DNA of 64,000 nt from Thermodesulfobacteriota bacterium (GCA_034189385.1 JAXHVD010000001.1:192001-256000); one strand, 5' to 3'; positions 1 to 9,991 are shown, counted from the stretch's first letter. The notes: generated from the sequence alone by a model not told the origin. Made by a program: numbers and translations.

Positions 1-1
1 G

Positions 2-586
2 CAGAACCCTGGAAAAACCAGGGAGATAACGGAGCTTTTGAAAGATTTTCCTGTTATCATCAAGAACTTGGACGATTTTGGTCCCATACCGAACGTTGAG
101 GAAGACGGGGCTACATTTGATGAAAATGCCTTTAAGAAGGCATCCTTTACGGCCAAGGTCCTTGGGTTACCGGCCCTGGCAGACGATTCCGGCCTAGAGG
201 TGGAAGCGTTGGGAGGTGCCCCAGGGGTCCATTCGGCCCGCTATGCAGGACCGTCTGCCACTGATCAGGAGAGAATGGCCAAATTACTCCAGGAGATGGA
301 AGGGAAGACAAACCGGGCGGCAGCCTTTATGTGCGTGATTTCCATAGCAGTTCCATCTGGCGTTGCCCTCACCTATGAAGGTCGGTGTGAAGGGGTGATT
401 GCCGAGGCCCCTGCCGGGGAGAATGGGTTTGGTTATGATCCCGTCTTCTATTACCCGCCCCTGAGGAAGACCTTTGCCCAGCTTTCTGGAGAGGAAAAGA
501 ATCGGGTCAGCCACCGGGGAACGGCCCTGGCAGAACTGAAAGAGGAGTTTGACAAAGTCTTGGTCTGGATTCGGCAGCACTTGTAA
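2..586 (+). CDS. rdgB: XTP/dITP diphosphatase (Ham1/RdgB family), 5'-partial
   Basis: Frame open from the window edge (QNPGKTREI); motifs ENAFKKA, ADDSGLEVEALGGAPGVHSAR, GFGYDPVF, KNRVSHRG. Confidence 0.95.
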   Translation, partial: QNPGKTREITELLKDFPVIIKNLDDFGPIPNVEEDGATFDENAFKKASFTAKVLGLPALADDSGLEVEALGGAPGVHSARYAGPSATDQERMAKLLQEMEGKTNRAAAFMCVISIAVPSGVALTYEGRCEGVIAEAPAGENGFGYDPVFYYPPLRKTFAQLSGEEKNRVSHRGTALAELKEEFDKVLVWIRQHL

Positions 587-619
587 CATTTTTCGGCGCC
601 TTTTCCTGAGGCTTTTTTG

Positions 620-649
620 TTGACACCGTTTGAACCATAATATTATGGT
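620..649 (+). promoter_or_regulatory. Putative sigma70 promoter of fabF with overlapping perfect 16-bp palindrome
   Basis: TTGACA at 620-625; ACCATAATATTATGGT (634-649) is self-complementary and covers the -10 region. Confidence 0.5.
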
Positions 650-702
650 GGCTCGGAACAATACCCAGCAGGGAACTGGGATAAGGCTTGGAGGATTCTG
701 GT

Positions 703-1941
703 ATGAACAGAAAGAGAGTCGTTATTACTGGGGTGGGACCTGTAACGCCTATCGGCTGTGGTAAGGAAGCATTCTGGGACGCCCTCATGGAGGGAAAGTC
801 CGGTGTTGACCTTATATCAAGGTTTGACACGTCTAACTTCAAGACCAGGATAGGGGCAGAGATTAGGGACTTCAACCCCAAAGACTACGGCATTAACCCG
901 AAGGATGCCAAGAGAATGGATCTCTTCACCCAGTACGGGGTTGCTGCGGCATCTCTTGCCATCAAAGATGCCGACCTCGATTTGGCCGAATACAACGACA
1001 GTGTGGGGACGATGATAGGAACGGGGATCGGGGGGTTAATGACCCTTGAAGAGGAGAAGAGGAAGCTCATTGAAAGCAAGAACCCCTCAAGGGTGAGTCC
1101 CTTTCTCATCCCCATGATGATGCCGAATGCGGTGAATGCCTATGTGAGTATTCTCCACAAGCTCACAGGGACCAGTCCTTGCACGGCCAATGCCTGTGCC
1201 ACAGGTGCCTATGCTCTGATCTATGCTGATAAGGACATTGCCTTGGGAGATTTCGATGTCATCATAGCCGGTGGCAGCGAGGCGATCCTCACCGAGATTG
1301 CGGCAAGCTCATTTGCCAACATGAAGGCCTTGTCTCGAAGAAATGACGATCCCCAAAGGGCTTGTCGACCCTTTGACAAAGACAGGGACGGCTTCGTTAT
1401 AGGGGAGGGCGCAGGGGTGATGGTCCTTGAAAGCCTTGAGCACGCCTTAGCCAGAGGGGCAAAAATCTATGCAGAGATCGTGGGGTATACGACCAACACA
1501 GATGCCTATCATATTACAGCCCCCGATCCAGGGGCTCGCATGGTCAAGAAGGCCATTCGCGATTCCCTCAACATGGCAGGCATAGAGCCCACAGAGGTCG
1601 ATTATGTCAACGCCCATGGCACGTCCACTCCACTCAATGACAAGGCAGAAGCCGTTGCTATTAGAGAAGTCTTTGGGGACTACAGGGTTCCGGTCAGTTC
1701 CACCAAGTCCATGATTGGGCACCTTATCGGGGCAGCAGGGGCTGTTGAAGCCATTGCCTGTGCCATGGCTATGGAAAAACAGATTATCCCGCCCAACGTG
1801 AATTACGAGAGCCCAGACCCGGAGATGGATCTTAATATCATCACCGAGCCCACGCCTGCAAAGATAGATGTGGCTATGAATAACTCCTTTGGCTTCGGTG
1901 GGCACAATGCCGTTATGGTGCTGAAGAGATACGGCGGATAG
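703..1941 (+). CDS. fabF: Beta-ketoacyl-ACP synthase II
   Basis: RVVITGVG start, catalytic ACATG, NAHGTSTPLND, KSMIGHLIGAAG, NSFGFGGHN; GGAGG RBS before ATG 703. Confidence 0.93.
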   Translation: MNRKRVVITGVGPVTPIGCGKEAFWDALMEGKSGVDLISRFDTSNFKTRIGAEIRDFNPKDYGINPKDAKRMDLFTQYGVAAASLAIKDADLDLAEYNDSVGTMIGTGIGGLMTLEEEKRKLIESKNPSRVSPFLIPMMMPNAVNAYVSILHKLTGTSPCTANACATGAYALIYADKDIALGDFDVIIAGGSEAILTEIAASSFANMKALSRRNDDPQRACRPFDKDRDGFVIGEGAGVMVLESLEHALARGAKIYAEIVGYTTNTDAYHITAPDPGARMVKKAIRDSLNMAGIEPTEVDYVNAHGTSTPLNDKAEAVAIREVFGDYRVPVSSTKSMIGHLIGAAGAVEAIACAMAMEKQIIPPNVNYESPDPEMDLNIITEPTPAKIDVAMNNSFGFGGHNAVMVLKRYGG

Positions 1942-1968
1942 AAGAAAGGGGCGGCCCTCCTGGGCAGC

Positions 1969-2256
1969 CTAGGGTTTCAACAGCGATTTGATACGATGGC
2001 AGGTGGCCGACCGTACCTGTACCTTCTTGGCCCTGCTACGGTGTCCGTGAACGATCTCCACGTCTGATTTTCTCACCTTCAAGGACTTGGCCAAAAATTC
2101 CACGCACATCTTGTTGGCAGCCCCCTCAACTGGAGGGGCCGTCAACTTGAGCTTTAGGGCGTCGCCCTGTAAGCCCACAATTTCATTCCTTGCCCCCCTG
2201 GGTTGGACGGCCACCTTGAATACGACCCCGTTTTTAGTTTCTCGCATCCAAAGCAT
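1969..2256 (-). CDS. DUF167/YggU family protein
   Basis: VQPRGARNEIVG, LTAPPVEGAANK, GHRSRAK motifs. Confidence 0.9.
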   Translation of the reverse strand: MLWMRETKNGVVFKVAVQPRGARNEIVGLQGDALKLKLTAPPVEGAANKMCVEFLAKSLKVRKSDVEIVHGHRSRAKKVQVRSATCHRIKSLLKP

Positions 2257-2528
2257 AGGCGTAAGTTCTCAACAAGTTCGGGCAAAGCTCCTAAGGTGAA
2301 GTCGGCCGAGAGCCATTTTCAAATAAAACGATCTGTCGCCCTCGGTTTTCAAGAAACAACACACAGGCCAGCCAATGGTCATGGGGTACGTCGCAGTCGA
2401 AAACCCGCGGACAACACCGCTCATCGAAAAAAGAGCCATTTATGGATGGACACTAGGCTAGCCAATGGTCCCGGGTGTGACCGGTTTTCAGGAAACGGAA
2501 GTTGCTTCAAAGGCCGCCTGTCGTGCCA

Positions 2529-3989
2529 TCACACTGTCTGTTCCTTTATCTGGTTGATGATTTGGGTTGAGGAAACAGGTTCAGTAATCTGGATAAGGGC
2601 GACGCGGCCATTGTACTTTTCCACGATTTTCCGACCCAACACCGTTTCAGTGGTGTAATTGCTCCCTTTAGTGAGGATATTGGGGCGAATGGCCTCGATG
2701 AGGGGCTCAAGATCGTTGGTCGAAAAAAGGGTCACATGGTCTACGCAATCGAGGGCGCTGATAATGCCGAGCCGCTCTCGAGCGCCAATAATAGGACGGT
2801 CTTTTCCCTTCAGCATCCGCACCGAGTCATCATCGTCAATGGCCACAATGAGCACGTCGCCCATCTTCTTGGAGGAAGAGAGCAGTTTCACATGTCCAAC
2901 GTGGAGCAGATCAAAACACCCGTTCGTCATGACAATGGTCTTGCCTTCAGCCCTGAGACCCTCTGCCAGGGCGGTCAACTCTGACACGGTTTTATACTTG
3001 TCGGCTAAGGCCTCCACAGACGGTGAAAGCGCCTTGGCAAGTTCTTCCGCAGAGACCGATGCCGTGCCTACCTTGCCCACGACAATACCTGCTGCCACGT
3101 TGGCCAGGCCTGCCGCCTGTTGCAAAGACGCTCCAGAGGCCAGGACCAATCCGAGCACAGCCAAGACCGTGTCACCGGCCCCTGATACATCGAAGACCTG
3201 TCGAACGTCTGCTGCAATCCTGTGGGGCGTCTTACTGTTTTCAAACAACACCATACCGTCCTTGCCGCAGGTGATGAGCACCTGTTGGGTCTGAATCTCG
3301 CGGAGCAATGCCTTGCCTGCGGCCATTAAGGACTCATGGTCGACAATTTCTATGCCCGTTGCTAAAGAGGCCTCCTTTTTGTTGGGCGTAAGGAGAGTTG
3401 CGCCCGTGTATTTTTTAAAATCGAGTCCTTTAGGGTCCACAATCACAGGCCGTTGCCTTTTGTCCGCCTCTTCAATGACCTGTCGCAACAAGGTGTCTGT
3501 AAGGAGCCCTTTGCCATAGTCGGAAAGAAGGACAATGTCGAACTCGTCAATACGGTCTCTAAGAAATTGAGCTAACTGGTTCGCTTGCTCGTCGGATATC
3601 TCCTGTCTTGTTTCCCGATCGATCCGAAGCACGTGCTGATGGCCGCCTATGATCCGTGTCTTTCTGGTTGTTGGTCTCCCTGGGTCTTGGATCAGACCGG
3701 TGGTGTCCACCCTTCGTTCCGTAAACATGTTGAGCATTGAACCCGCCTTATCGTCTGTCCCTATGATCCCAGCCACGGCCACTTGCGCACCGAGGGCCAC
3801 TAGGTTGTTCACCACGTTTCCTGCCCCGCCCAAGGTCGTGGTGTCCCGTAGCACCGAGACCACCTGTACGGGTGCCTCAGGGGATATGCGATCTACCTCA
3901 CCCCAGAGGTATTCGTCGATCATCAGGTCGCCCATCACTAGGACGTGGCACCTATGAAATCTTGACACATCAACACTCAAAACAGCCAT
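2529..3989 (-). CDS. hldE: Bifunctional heptose 7-phosphate kinase / heptose 1-phosphate adenylyltransferase
   Basis: RISPEAPV, GGAGNV, DVSGAGDTV (PfkB kinase) plus TNGCFDLLHVGH (cytidylyltransferase-like domain). Confidence 0.95.
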   Translation of the reverse strand: MAVLSVDVSRFHRCHVLVMGDLMIDEYLWGEVDRISPEAPVQVVSVLRDTTTLGGAGNVVNNLVALGAQVAVAGIIGTDDKAGSMLNMFTERRVDTTGLIQDPGRPTTRKTRIIGGHQHVLRIDRETRQEISDEQANQLAQFLRDRIDEFDIVLLSDYGKGLLTDTLLRQVIEEADKRQRPVIVDPKGLDFKKYTGATLLTPNKKEASLATGIEIVDHESLMAAGKALLREIQTQQVLITCGKDGMVLFENSKTPHRIAADVRQVFDVSGAGDTVLAVLGLVLASGASLQQAAGLANVAAGIVVGKVGTASVSAEELAKALSPSVEALADKYKTVSELTALAEGLRAEGKTIVMTNGCFDLLHVGHVKLLSSSKKMGDVLIVAIDDDDSVRMLKGKDRPIIGARERLGIISALDCVDHVTLFSTNDLEPLIEAIRPNILTKGSNYTTETVLGRKIVEKYNGRVALIQITEPVSSTQIINQIKEQTV

Positions 3990-4159
3990 CTAGACCCCAT
4001 TCGTCGAAGATCACTGCCTTTCTATTACTATTGAATGATCATGGAGGCAAGGGGCAATTGCACAGGCCTCAGGCTTGATAAATGCGTTTACGCAATCCAC
4101 TGAAGATATAGATTGACTCCTCTTTGCATTTCCTTGTAAATGATAGTGCTTCGACTCTA

Positions 4160-4264
4160 TTGAATCCTCCCTGTGGCGACTCGACTGCCCTCGGCCATGA
4201 GCTCGGGCCGAATGGAACTCGTCGAAGTCAAGCCACGGGAAATGCGCTTGCTTATTCGGTTCAA
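4160..4264 (-). repeat. Palindromic dispersed element, copy A (TGAACCG...TTCAA family)
   Basis: Reverse strand reads TTGAACCGAATAAGCAAGCGCATTTCCCGTGGC...GCCACAGGGAGGATTCAA; shares its ends with the copies at 26913, 36092, 39415 and 63798. Confidence 0.8.
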
Positions 4265-4371
4265 CGGGGTGGCGTGTCGCAGTCTACCTCCATCGTGGGT
4301 CGACAAGAGTGGGCCCCAAGACTCGATGCCCAACAGCCCGTTCATACGAACTGATGTACAGAAAGGCTCAC

Positions 4372-4851
4372 ATGTTGGAACTAAAAAGAATTCTAGTGGC
4401 GACTGATTTTTCTAGATGCTCTGAAACAGCTTTTAAGTATGCTAAATTTATTGCAAAGCGCTTTTCTGCCAGCATCGAGATCCTCCATGTTGTAGACAAG
4501 AGAGATGTAGAGAAGATTGCCGAGCTCTATGGGGAGTCAGAAGATAGCGTCTCCCAGAGGCTGTGCCTGCAAGCCAAAGAAAGGTATCAGGCCTTTTTGG
4601 CTGAGCACCTCCAAGATGGGACAGTCTTCGAGCAAGAGGTGGCAGTGGGGATTCCTTTTCAAACCATTGCGCTCAAAGCCCAAGAACGGGCTGTTGACAT
4701 GATTGTGATGGGTGGACATGGAAAGATGGGTTCTGGCCAGATCGATAAGATCTTTTTCGGAAGCAGGGCTGAAAGGGTCGTGAGGATACTCCCTTGTCCG
4801 GTCCTGTGTGTTCCACCAGAGACTGCCGATCCACAGACATCCTCGGGATAG
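4372..4851 (+). CDS. Universal stress protein (UspA family)
   Basis: KRILVATDFS, DMIVMGGHG, FFGSRAERVVRILPCPVLCV. Confidence 0.93.
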   Translation: MLELKRILVATDFSRCSETAFKYAKFIAKRFSASIEILHVVDKRDVEKIAELYGESEDSVSQRLCLQAKERYQAFLAEHLQDGTVFEQEVAVGIPFQTIALKAQERAVDMIVMGGHGKMGSGQIDKIFFGSRAERVVRILPCPVLCVPPETADPQTSSG

Positions 4852-4902
4852 AAGGCGTGTCGATTCGGGGGTTGCCCGCCGCCGCCAGAAGGAGGCTGCG
4901 GT

Positions 4903-5835
4903 TCAGCCGGCTGGAAAGTTGGCCTCATAGCGTTTCCAGAACGCCCTTTGGGTAAATCGGTGCTCTTGTGTGCCGTGATACTCTACGGCGTAGCTTGCGC
5001 ACGTGGCGCCCATGCGGGCGGCCTCGGACAGATCTTTCTTCATGGCCAGGCCTTTGATCAGTCCTGCCCGATAGGCGTCTCCAGCCCCAGTAGGGTCCAA
5101 GACTTGAGAGGCCTTGGCGGCAGCGACCTTGGTCTCCCCATTTCGGGTTGAAACAAGAGACCCGTCTTCTCCCAAAGTCGTGATAATAGCCTCGGTGTGT
5201 TGAAGAAGTTGGTTCTTTTTGAGCCCCGTGTTCCGTATAATCATTTCCAGTTCATAGTCATTGGAGATCAACAGGCTGGAGCCCTTGATAGCAGCTATCA
5301 AATGGTCTGCTGAAAGGGCTGGGATGGACTGACCGGGGTCGAATATATAGGCTACGCCCTCTTCTTGCCATGTGCGGGCATAGGAAATCATGTCTTGCAG
5401 GTTGCCCGGTGCTATGATGCCTAGTGATGCCTTGGGGTCTACACCATCGAATGTGAATGATGAGGGGTACTTCATGGCCCCCGGGTTAAACCCGGTGATC
5501 TGATTGTCGGATTTGTCCGTCGTGATGTAAGCCCCTGCAGTCAATTCCTCTGGAATGCGGCAAACTCCTCTCAGGGAAAGGTGGCGTTCCCGCAGCCATG
5601 CTTCATATCTGTCAAAATCTTTGCCCGCTGAAGCTAAAATGATGGGCTCTTCCCCCAACAGGGCAAGACTGTATGCGATGTTACCGGCTGTGCCGCCGAA
5701 CTTTTCCTTCAGGCCATTCACCGTAAAGCAGATGTTAAGGACGTGAATCTTATCGGGTAGAATATGATCTGAGAATCTCCCCGGAAAGTCCATAATTCTG
5801 TCGTAGGCTAAAGAACCGGAGACAAAAATGTTCAT
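4903..5835 (-). CDS. PfkB family carbohydrate/adenosine kinase
   Basis: SGSLAYDRIM, FGGTAGNIAY, DPTGAGDAYRAG. Confidence 0.9.
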   Translation of the reverse strand: MNIFVSGSLAYDRIMDFPGRFSDHILPDKIHVLNICFTVNGLKEKFGGTAGNIAYSLALLGEEPIILASAGKDFDRYEAWLRERHLSLRGVCRIPEELTAGAYITTDKSDNQITGFNPGAMKYPSSFTFDGVDPKASLGIIAPGNLQDMISYARTWQEEGVAYIFDPGQSIPALSADHLIAAIKGSSLLISNDYELEMIIRNTGLKKNQLLQHTEAIITTLGEDGSLVSTRNGETKVAAAKASQVLDPTGAGDAYRAGLIKGLAMKKDLSEAARMGATCASYAVEYHGTQEHRFTQRAFWKRYEANFPAG

Positions 5836-5850
5836 ACGAAGGCTCCTCTG

Positions 5851-8079
5851 CTAGCTGCTCTGTTCCAAAGGCAAGGATATGGTGATCACGACGCAGTTGT
5901 CCTTCTTCTTGTTCACGTTGATAATACCGCCGTGTTTATGAATCACTACGCTACAAATGGGCACATCAATGATATCTCTGTCCCGAACCCCGCTTTCAAA
6001 GGGATAGTCGATGACAAAGGGATAAAAGAAGTGCTCTATGTCATCATCGGAAATGTATGGTACTTCGTAGGCAAGGATGACGGTGGCATATCCGCCGTTT
6101 CTCCCGGTCGTTACTTCAATCTCTCCCTTCTGGCGCATTCTGTAGAATGCGTTTTCCATGAGATTGATAAGGACCTTTTCGAATAGCTGGCAGTCCAGTT
6201 TTAACATGTGGGGGTTCTTATCCAAGCACGATTTGACTGAAAAGTCTTTGTCATGGAATTCAGCCTCTATCTGCTGAATAGCCCTCTGGACAACACTGTT
6301 CAGATCACAGGAACGGAGCTGAATCGACTTAGGTTCGATATAGGCCGTCATCATCTTGAGTATTCTTTCAAGTTTCTTCACTTCCTCTACGATGAGCTCG
6401 CCCTTTTTTCTTCTTGGATCCGATGCCTCAAAGGATTTCAGCAGGCGCCTGGTCAGCCCCCCTATGGAGGTGAGAGGATTTCCGATCTCGTGGGCGAGCC
6501 GGGCCGAGACCTCACTCAGGGTCTCCAGTTCTTCGGTTTGTACGATTCTTTCCTGAAGCTCTTTCCGTGCGGTGACGTCCAGTATAACGCCATCCATCCT
6601 GATGAGTCCATTTTGCTCGTCAAGCACGGGAACAGCATGATCAACGACATAGACCGTATGGCCGTCTCTGTGCGTCATGCGATACTCTGCGTGGAACTCT
6701 CTACCCTGTTGGAGACACTCGTCGAACTGGGCAAGAACACGTGTCCTGTCAGGGGAGTGGATGTGTTCAGCCCATGCTTCGTGATGTCCGCTCAACTCTT
6801 GTGGTTCCACCCCCAAAATCTCTTCAACAAAGCGGTTCAAAAAAATGGCTGTCCTATCAGGCATCACAAGATAGACAATGACCGGTACATGTTCGACGAG
6901 GGTTCGATAGGTTTTTTCAGATTCTTCCAGGGCCTTGGTCCGATGCTCAACCATCTGTTCCAGGTTCTCTGCATAATCCTTTATTTTTTTCCGTGACTCT
7001 TCCAAGGAGACCAACATATCATTGATGGCGCGGGCCATGATTCCTAGCTCATCGGCGCTCTTTACTGTGATTCTGGTATCACGCTGGCCCCCAGCGATGT
7101 CTTTGGTTGCAGTGACAACCTTTCCGATGCGTTTGGTAAAAACCACGGATATGAACCAGACAAAAGACATGGACAAGGCAAGGCCGATAAGGCCAATGGC
7201 AATGGCAATGGATCCATATCGCTTGAGCAGGGCCAATGTTGAGCCCCGATCAACATGAATCTCCACCACGGCCGCAATCTTGGAAGAAAAATCACGAACC
7301 GGCCCGGCCACGAAGGCAATATCCCGGCCTTTCCATTTGGTAGTGTCAAATACCACCTCTCCTGAGTGAAAGGACTTGATGAAGAGTTCTCGTGAAAAAG
7401 GGGCGTGGCTCATCGTTGAGGCAATGCCCATTGGTTTTTGGCTGCCAGGTTTTTCCGGTACATAGAGGGTCAGGTCTACTCCATAGCTTGCCTTAAACTC
7501 ATCAAGTAGGGGCTCCTCAAAAGATTCTCCAAGCCCCAATGTGCCAACCTGCTCACCCTCAAAAAAGACCGGTACGACACCGCGCACTCCAAAACCGGTA
7601 ACGCCCCATTCTAGACCCCCAACGCCCTCACCGGTATCCCTGGCAACGTTGATGGTGTGCCTGTAGGCTTGCATCTCCTCTCCATATTGACCTGGCAAAT
7701 GAAGACGCAAGAAAGAGGTGGCAGGAGGCACATGGAAGTGAAATTGCTTGATCCCAAAGTTTTCGTGTAACTGTTCGTAGGTGGGATGAAGGAGCTCTAT
7801 CAATCGGTTCCGGTCCCTCTTGGCAAAGGTCTCAGCCACAACAGGGTTCTGGGCCACTGCATAGGCCAGGCTCAGGGCGAGATCCCCTTTGGCCTTAATG
7901 AGATCCAAGAAGTACTGATAACTATTCTTAAGTCGTTTTTCTTCGTTTAAGTGAATCAGATCGGCCTGGAAACGATAGGACACCACAAATAGAGCGGTGG
8001 CGCCCACAAATGCAAGGGAAAGGAATGGAATAAGGAGTTTCCACTTAAGGCTAATATCGTGCAACCGGTTCAAGCTCAA
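5851..8079 (-). CDS. Membrane sensor: dCache-HAMP-PAS-HisKA with degenerate HATPase domain
   Basis: Two TM helices, Cache-type SFLRLH motif, HAMP (DELGIMARAIN), PAS (IHSPDR), H-box LAHEIGNPL, N-box NLMENA; G1/G2 boxes absent. Confidence 0.88.
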   Translation of the reverse strand: MSLNRLHDISLKWKLLIPFLSLAFVGATALFVVSYRFQADLIHLNEEKRLKNSYQYFLDLIKAKGDLALSLAYAVAQNPVVAETFAKRDRNRLIELLHPTYEQLHENFGIKQFHFHVPPATSFLRLHLPGQYGEEMQAYRHTINVARDTGEGVGGLEWGVTGFGVRGVVPVFFEGEQVGTLGLGESFEEPLLDEFKASYGVDLTLYVPEKPGSQKPMGIASTMSHAPFSRELFIKSFHSGEVVFDTTKWKGRDIAFVAGPVRDFSSKIAAVVEIHVDRGSTLALLKRYGSIAIAIGLIGLALSMSFVWFISVVFTKRIGKVVTATKDIAGGQRDTRITVKSADELGIMARAINDMLVSLEESRKKIKDYAENLEQMVEHRTKALEESEKTYRTLVEHVPVIVYLVMPDRTAIFLNRFVEEILGVEPQELSGHHEAWAEHIHSPDRTRVLAQFDECLQQGREFHAEYRMTHRDGHTVYVVDHAVPVLDEQNGLIRMDGVILDVTARKELQERIVQTEELETLSEVSARLAHEIGNPLTSIGGLTRRLLKSFEASDPRRKKGELIVEEVKKLERILKMMTAYIEPKSIQLRSCDLNSVVQRAIQQIEAEFHDKDFSVKSCLDKNPHMLKLDCQLFEKVLINLMENAFYRMRQKGEIEVTTGRNGGYATVILAYEVPYISDDDIEHFFYPFVIDYPFESGVRDRDIIDVPICSVVIHKHGGIINVNKKKDNCVVITISLPLEQSS

Positions 8080-8124
8080 CGATATTTCCTAATAGCATCT
8101 TTCATCTTCTACTTACAGGTTCAC

Positions 8125-8853
8125 TCAGCCACTCTGCGAGCGGACCCTGATTGCCCAGCTGTCAAAGAGTCTATTGTATCGTATGATATGTGTTGACCCG
8201 TCATCCGTCTCTACTTTGAAATAATCGGCAACTCCCGATTTTGTGTCTATACTGGCGTCATACCAACGGTCAAGGATCTTCGTGATGTGAAATGTCCCGC
8301 CTTTCCATTCAAAGGATCGTGGGGATTCATTTGCCCTATAACCCTCATAGCAACTCATCTGAATGGGTGCGAAGACCACCGTGGGGCTGGACAGATATTC
8401 TGCCAGGCCTGAAACTGCATCCTCAATATCAAGAAAGCAGAAACGATATGCCTCATATTGAAGCCCATACGGATCGGCAATGCCTCGCCTTCTGGAGCCA
8501 TGACGCCCAAAGTGCCTGAGCAACAAGACCTTTCCAGCTGCGTCAGGAATCGCAGATAAAAGGGTCTCTTCCTGAGATCTTTCCATGACCAAGACAAGGT
8601 CGGACCAGGCCAGAAGGCTCTCGGACGCAGATTTTGCCCTGTGGTCTGAGAGATCCACGCCGAATTCCTCAGCAGCTTGTTGGGCCAGGTGCGTCACACC
8701 ATTACCCGGAAGGGCGAGTAGACCTGCCGAGTCCACTGCAATGCCTTTAAGGCCTTTTTCTGCAACAATGTTCTTTAACAAGCCTTCAGCAAAGGGACTG
8801 CGACATATGTTTCCCGTGCATACAAACAAAATGTTGTGTATCTGGCCAGTCAT
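8125..8853 (-). CDS. Low-molecular-weight protein tyrosine phosphatase fused to a C-terminal DUF6504-like domain
   Basis: FVCTGNICRS P-loop and IADPY; extra C-terminal YEGYRANESPRSF...ILDRWY...YFKV...W domain; start uncertain (8853, 8877 or 8922). Confidence 0.85.
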   Translation of the reverse strand: MTGQIHNILFVCTGNICRSPFAEGLLKNIVAEKGLKGIAVDSAGLLALPGNGVTHLAQQAAEEFGVDLSDHRAKSASESLLAWSDLVLVMERSQEETLLSAIPDAAGKVLLLRHFGRHGSRRRGIADPYGLQYEAYRFCFLDIEDAVSGLAEYLSSPTVVFAPIQMSCYEGYRANESPRSFEWKGGTFHITKILDRWYDASIDTKSGVADYFKVETDDGSTHIIRYNRLFDSWAIRVRSQSG

Positions 8854-8922
8854 GTCAAAAAGCTTGGGAGTGTGCATCCAGACCAAAAGTGGCCCGTGGG
8901 AAATAGCAGTGATAAGTTCCAA

Positions 8923-9408
8923 TTAGTCAATGGCCTCGCACGGCGGGGCCTTTTCCCGGAGGCTCCTTTTCCTTTCCTCTGTCAATACCTGTTTCAGCTT
9001 CCAGGTTGTCTGGCTAAATGCATCCTTTTTCTTAATAAGGAGCCAATTGTTCTTATCTTGTCCTTTCATCTTGACAAGGGTGAAAGCTCCTTTGAGCCTA
9101 TTGCCGTCAAGGACCATGCTGATTTTCCCAGATTCCACGGCCTTTAACGGATCTTGTTCCTCAAGGAGGCTGTAAGCACCTTCGTCCCACACCAATACCG
9201 GACCCGCCCCAGAGTGACCTACCGGGATGATTCCCTCAAAACCGAAGTAGTCCAAGGGGTGGTCATGTACCATGACTGCCAGTCTCTTCTCTGTCGGATT
9301 CATAGATGGCCCTTTGGGCAGGGCCCATGATTTCAAGACCCCGGCCATCTCCAGTCGAAAATCGTAGTGGAGACGCCGCGCGTGATGTTCCTGTATCACA
9401 AAACGCAT
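8923..9408 (-). CDS. Stand-alone LigD-type DNA 3'-phosphoesterase
   Basis: FVIQEHHARRLHYDFRLE, LKSWALPKGPS, RLAVMVHDHPLDY, WDEG. Confidence 0.92.
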   Translation of the reverse strand: MRFVIQEHHARRLHYDFRLEMAGVLKSWALPKGPSMNPTEKRLAVMVHDHPLDYFGFEGIIPVGHSGAGPVLVWDEGAYSLLEEQDPLKAVESGKISMVLDGNRLKGAFTLVKMKGQDKNNWLLIKKKDAFSQTTWKLKQVLTEERKRSLREKAPPCEAID

Positions 9409-9991
9409 TTCAATGATTCACCACAAACCCCACCGCTGATTCCGGTGGCCGCCCCCAAGGCTCGACACGTTGGGCGTACGAGAAATCCTGTCTATGTAAC
9501 CACTCTCATGCCCATGAGAGACGGTGCCTTCGGGGTGCCATCATGTCAAACAGACAGTAGACCATAGAGCGCCGGATTGCAAGTATCACCTCCTGCGGGT
9601 TCCAACATTCTGTAATAAAATGGCATTTGGGCAATTTCAAAAACACATTCGAAGCGTTTTCAAAGGAGTGTCCTTGTTTCCTATCTCATGGTTCAGGCCC
9701 TCCTCTTTTTGATGTGGCTCGCTTCCATCCATAAATGGCGCGTCAATCCACAGGCAGGGGGTAAAATGACACTCTTGAACAACCTGATTATGTTTGACAA
9801 TTTTTTCTTTTTGCAGCAACATTCGAGATGAAGCCGTTGACAATGATCCTCCCCACACCCGCCACCATTTCAGCCTTCGTGTGCCTTTGGCAAACGTTGG
9901 CCAAGCCTATCCAAGGGGGCGGAAGTCGTGTGACCCTGTAGTAAGCCCCAGGGAATCACCAAGGAGAAAAAGGAGTCTGTTCAGATACGCT

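Noticed and set aside
4165..4350. 6S RNA or riboswitch upstream of the USP gene
   Set aside because: The first half is explained by repeat copy A; the rest has no recognisable riboswitch or 6S consensus.
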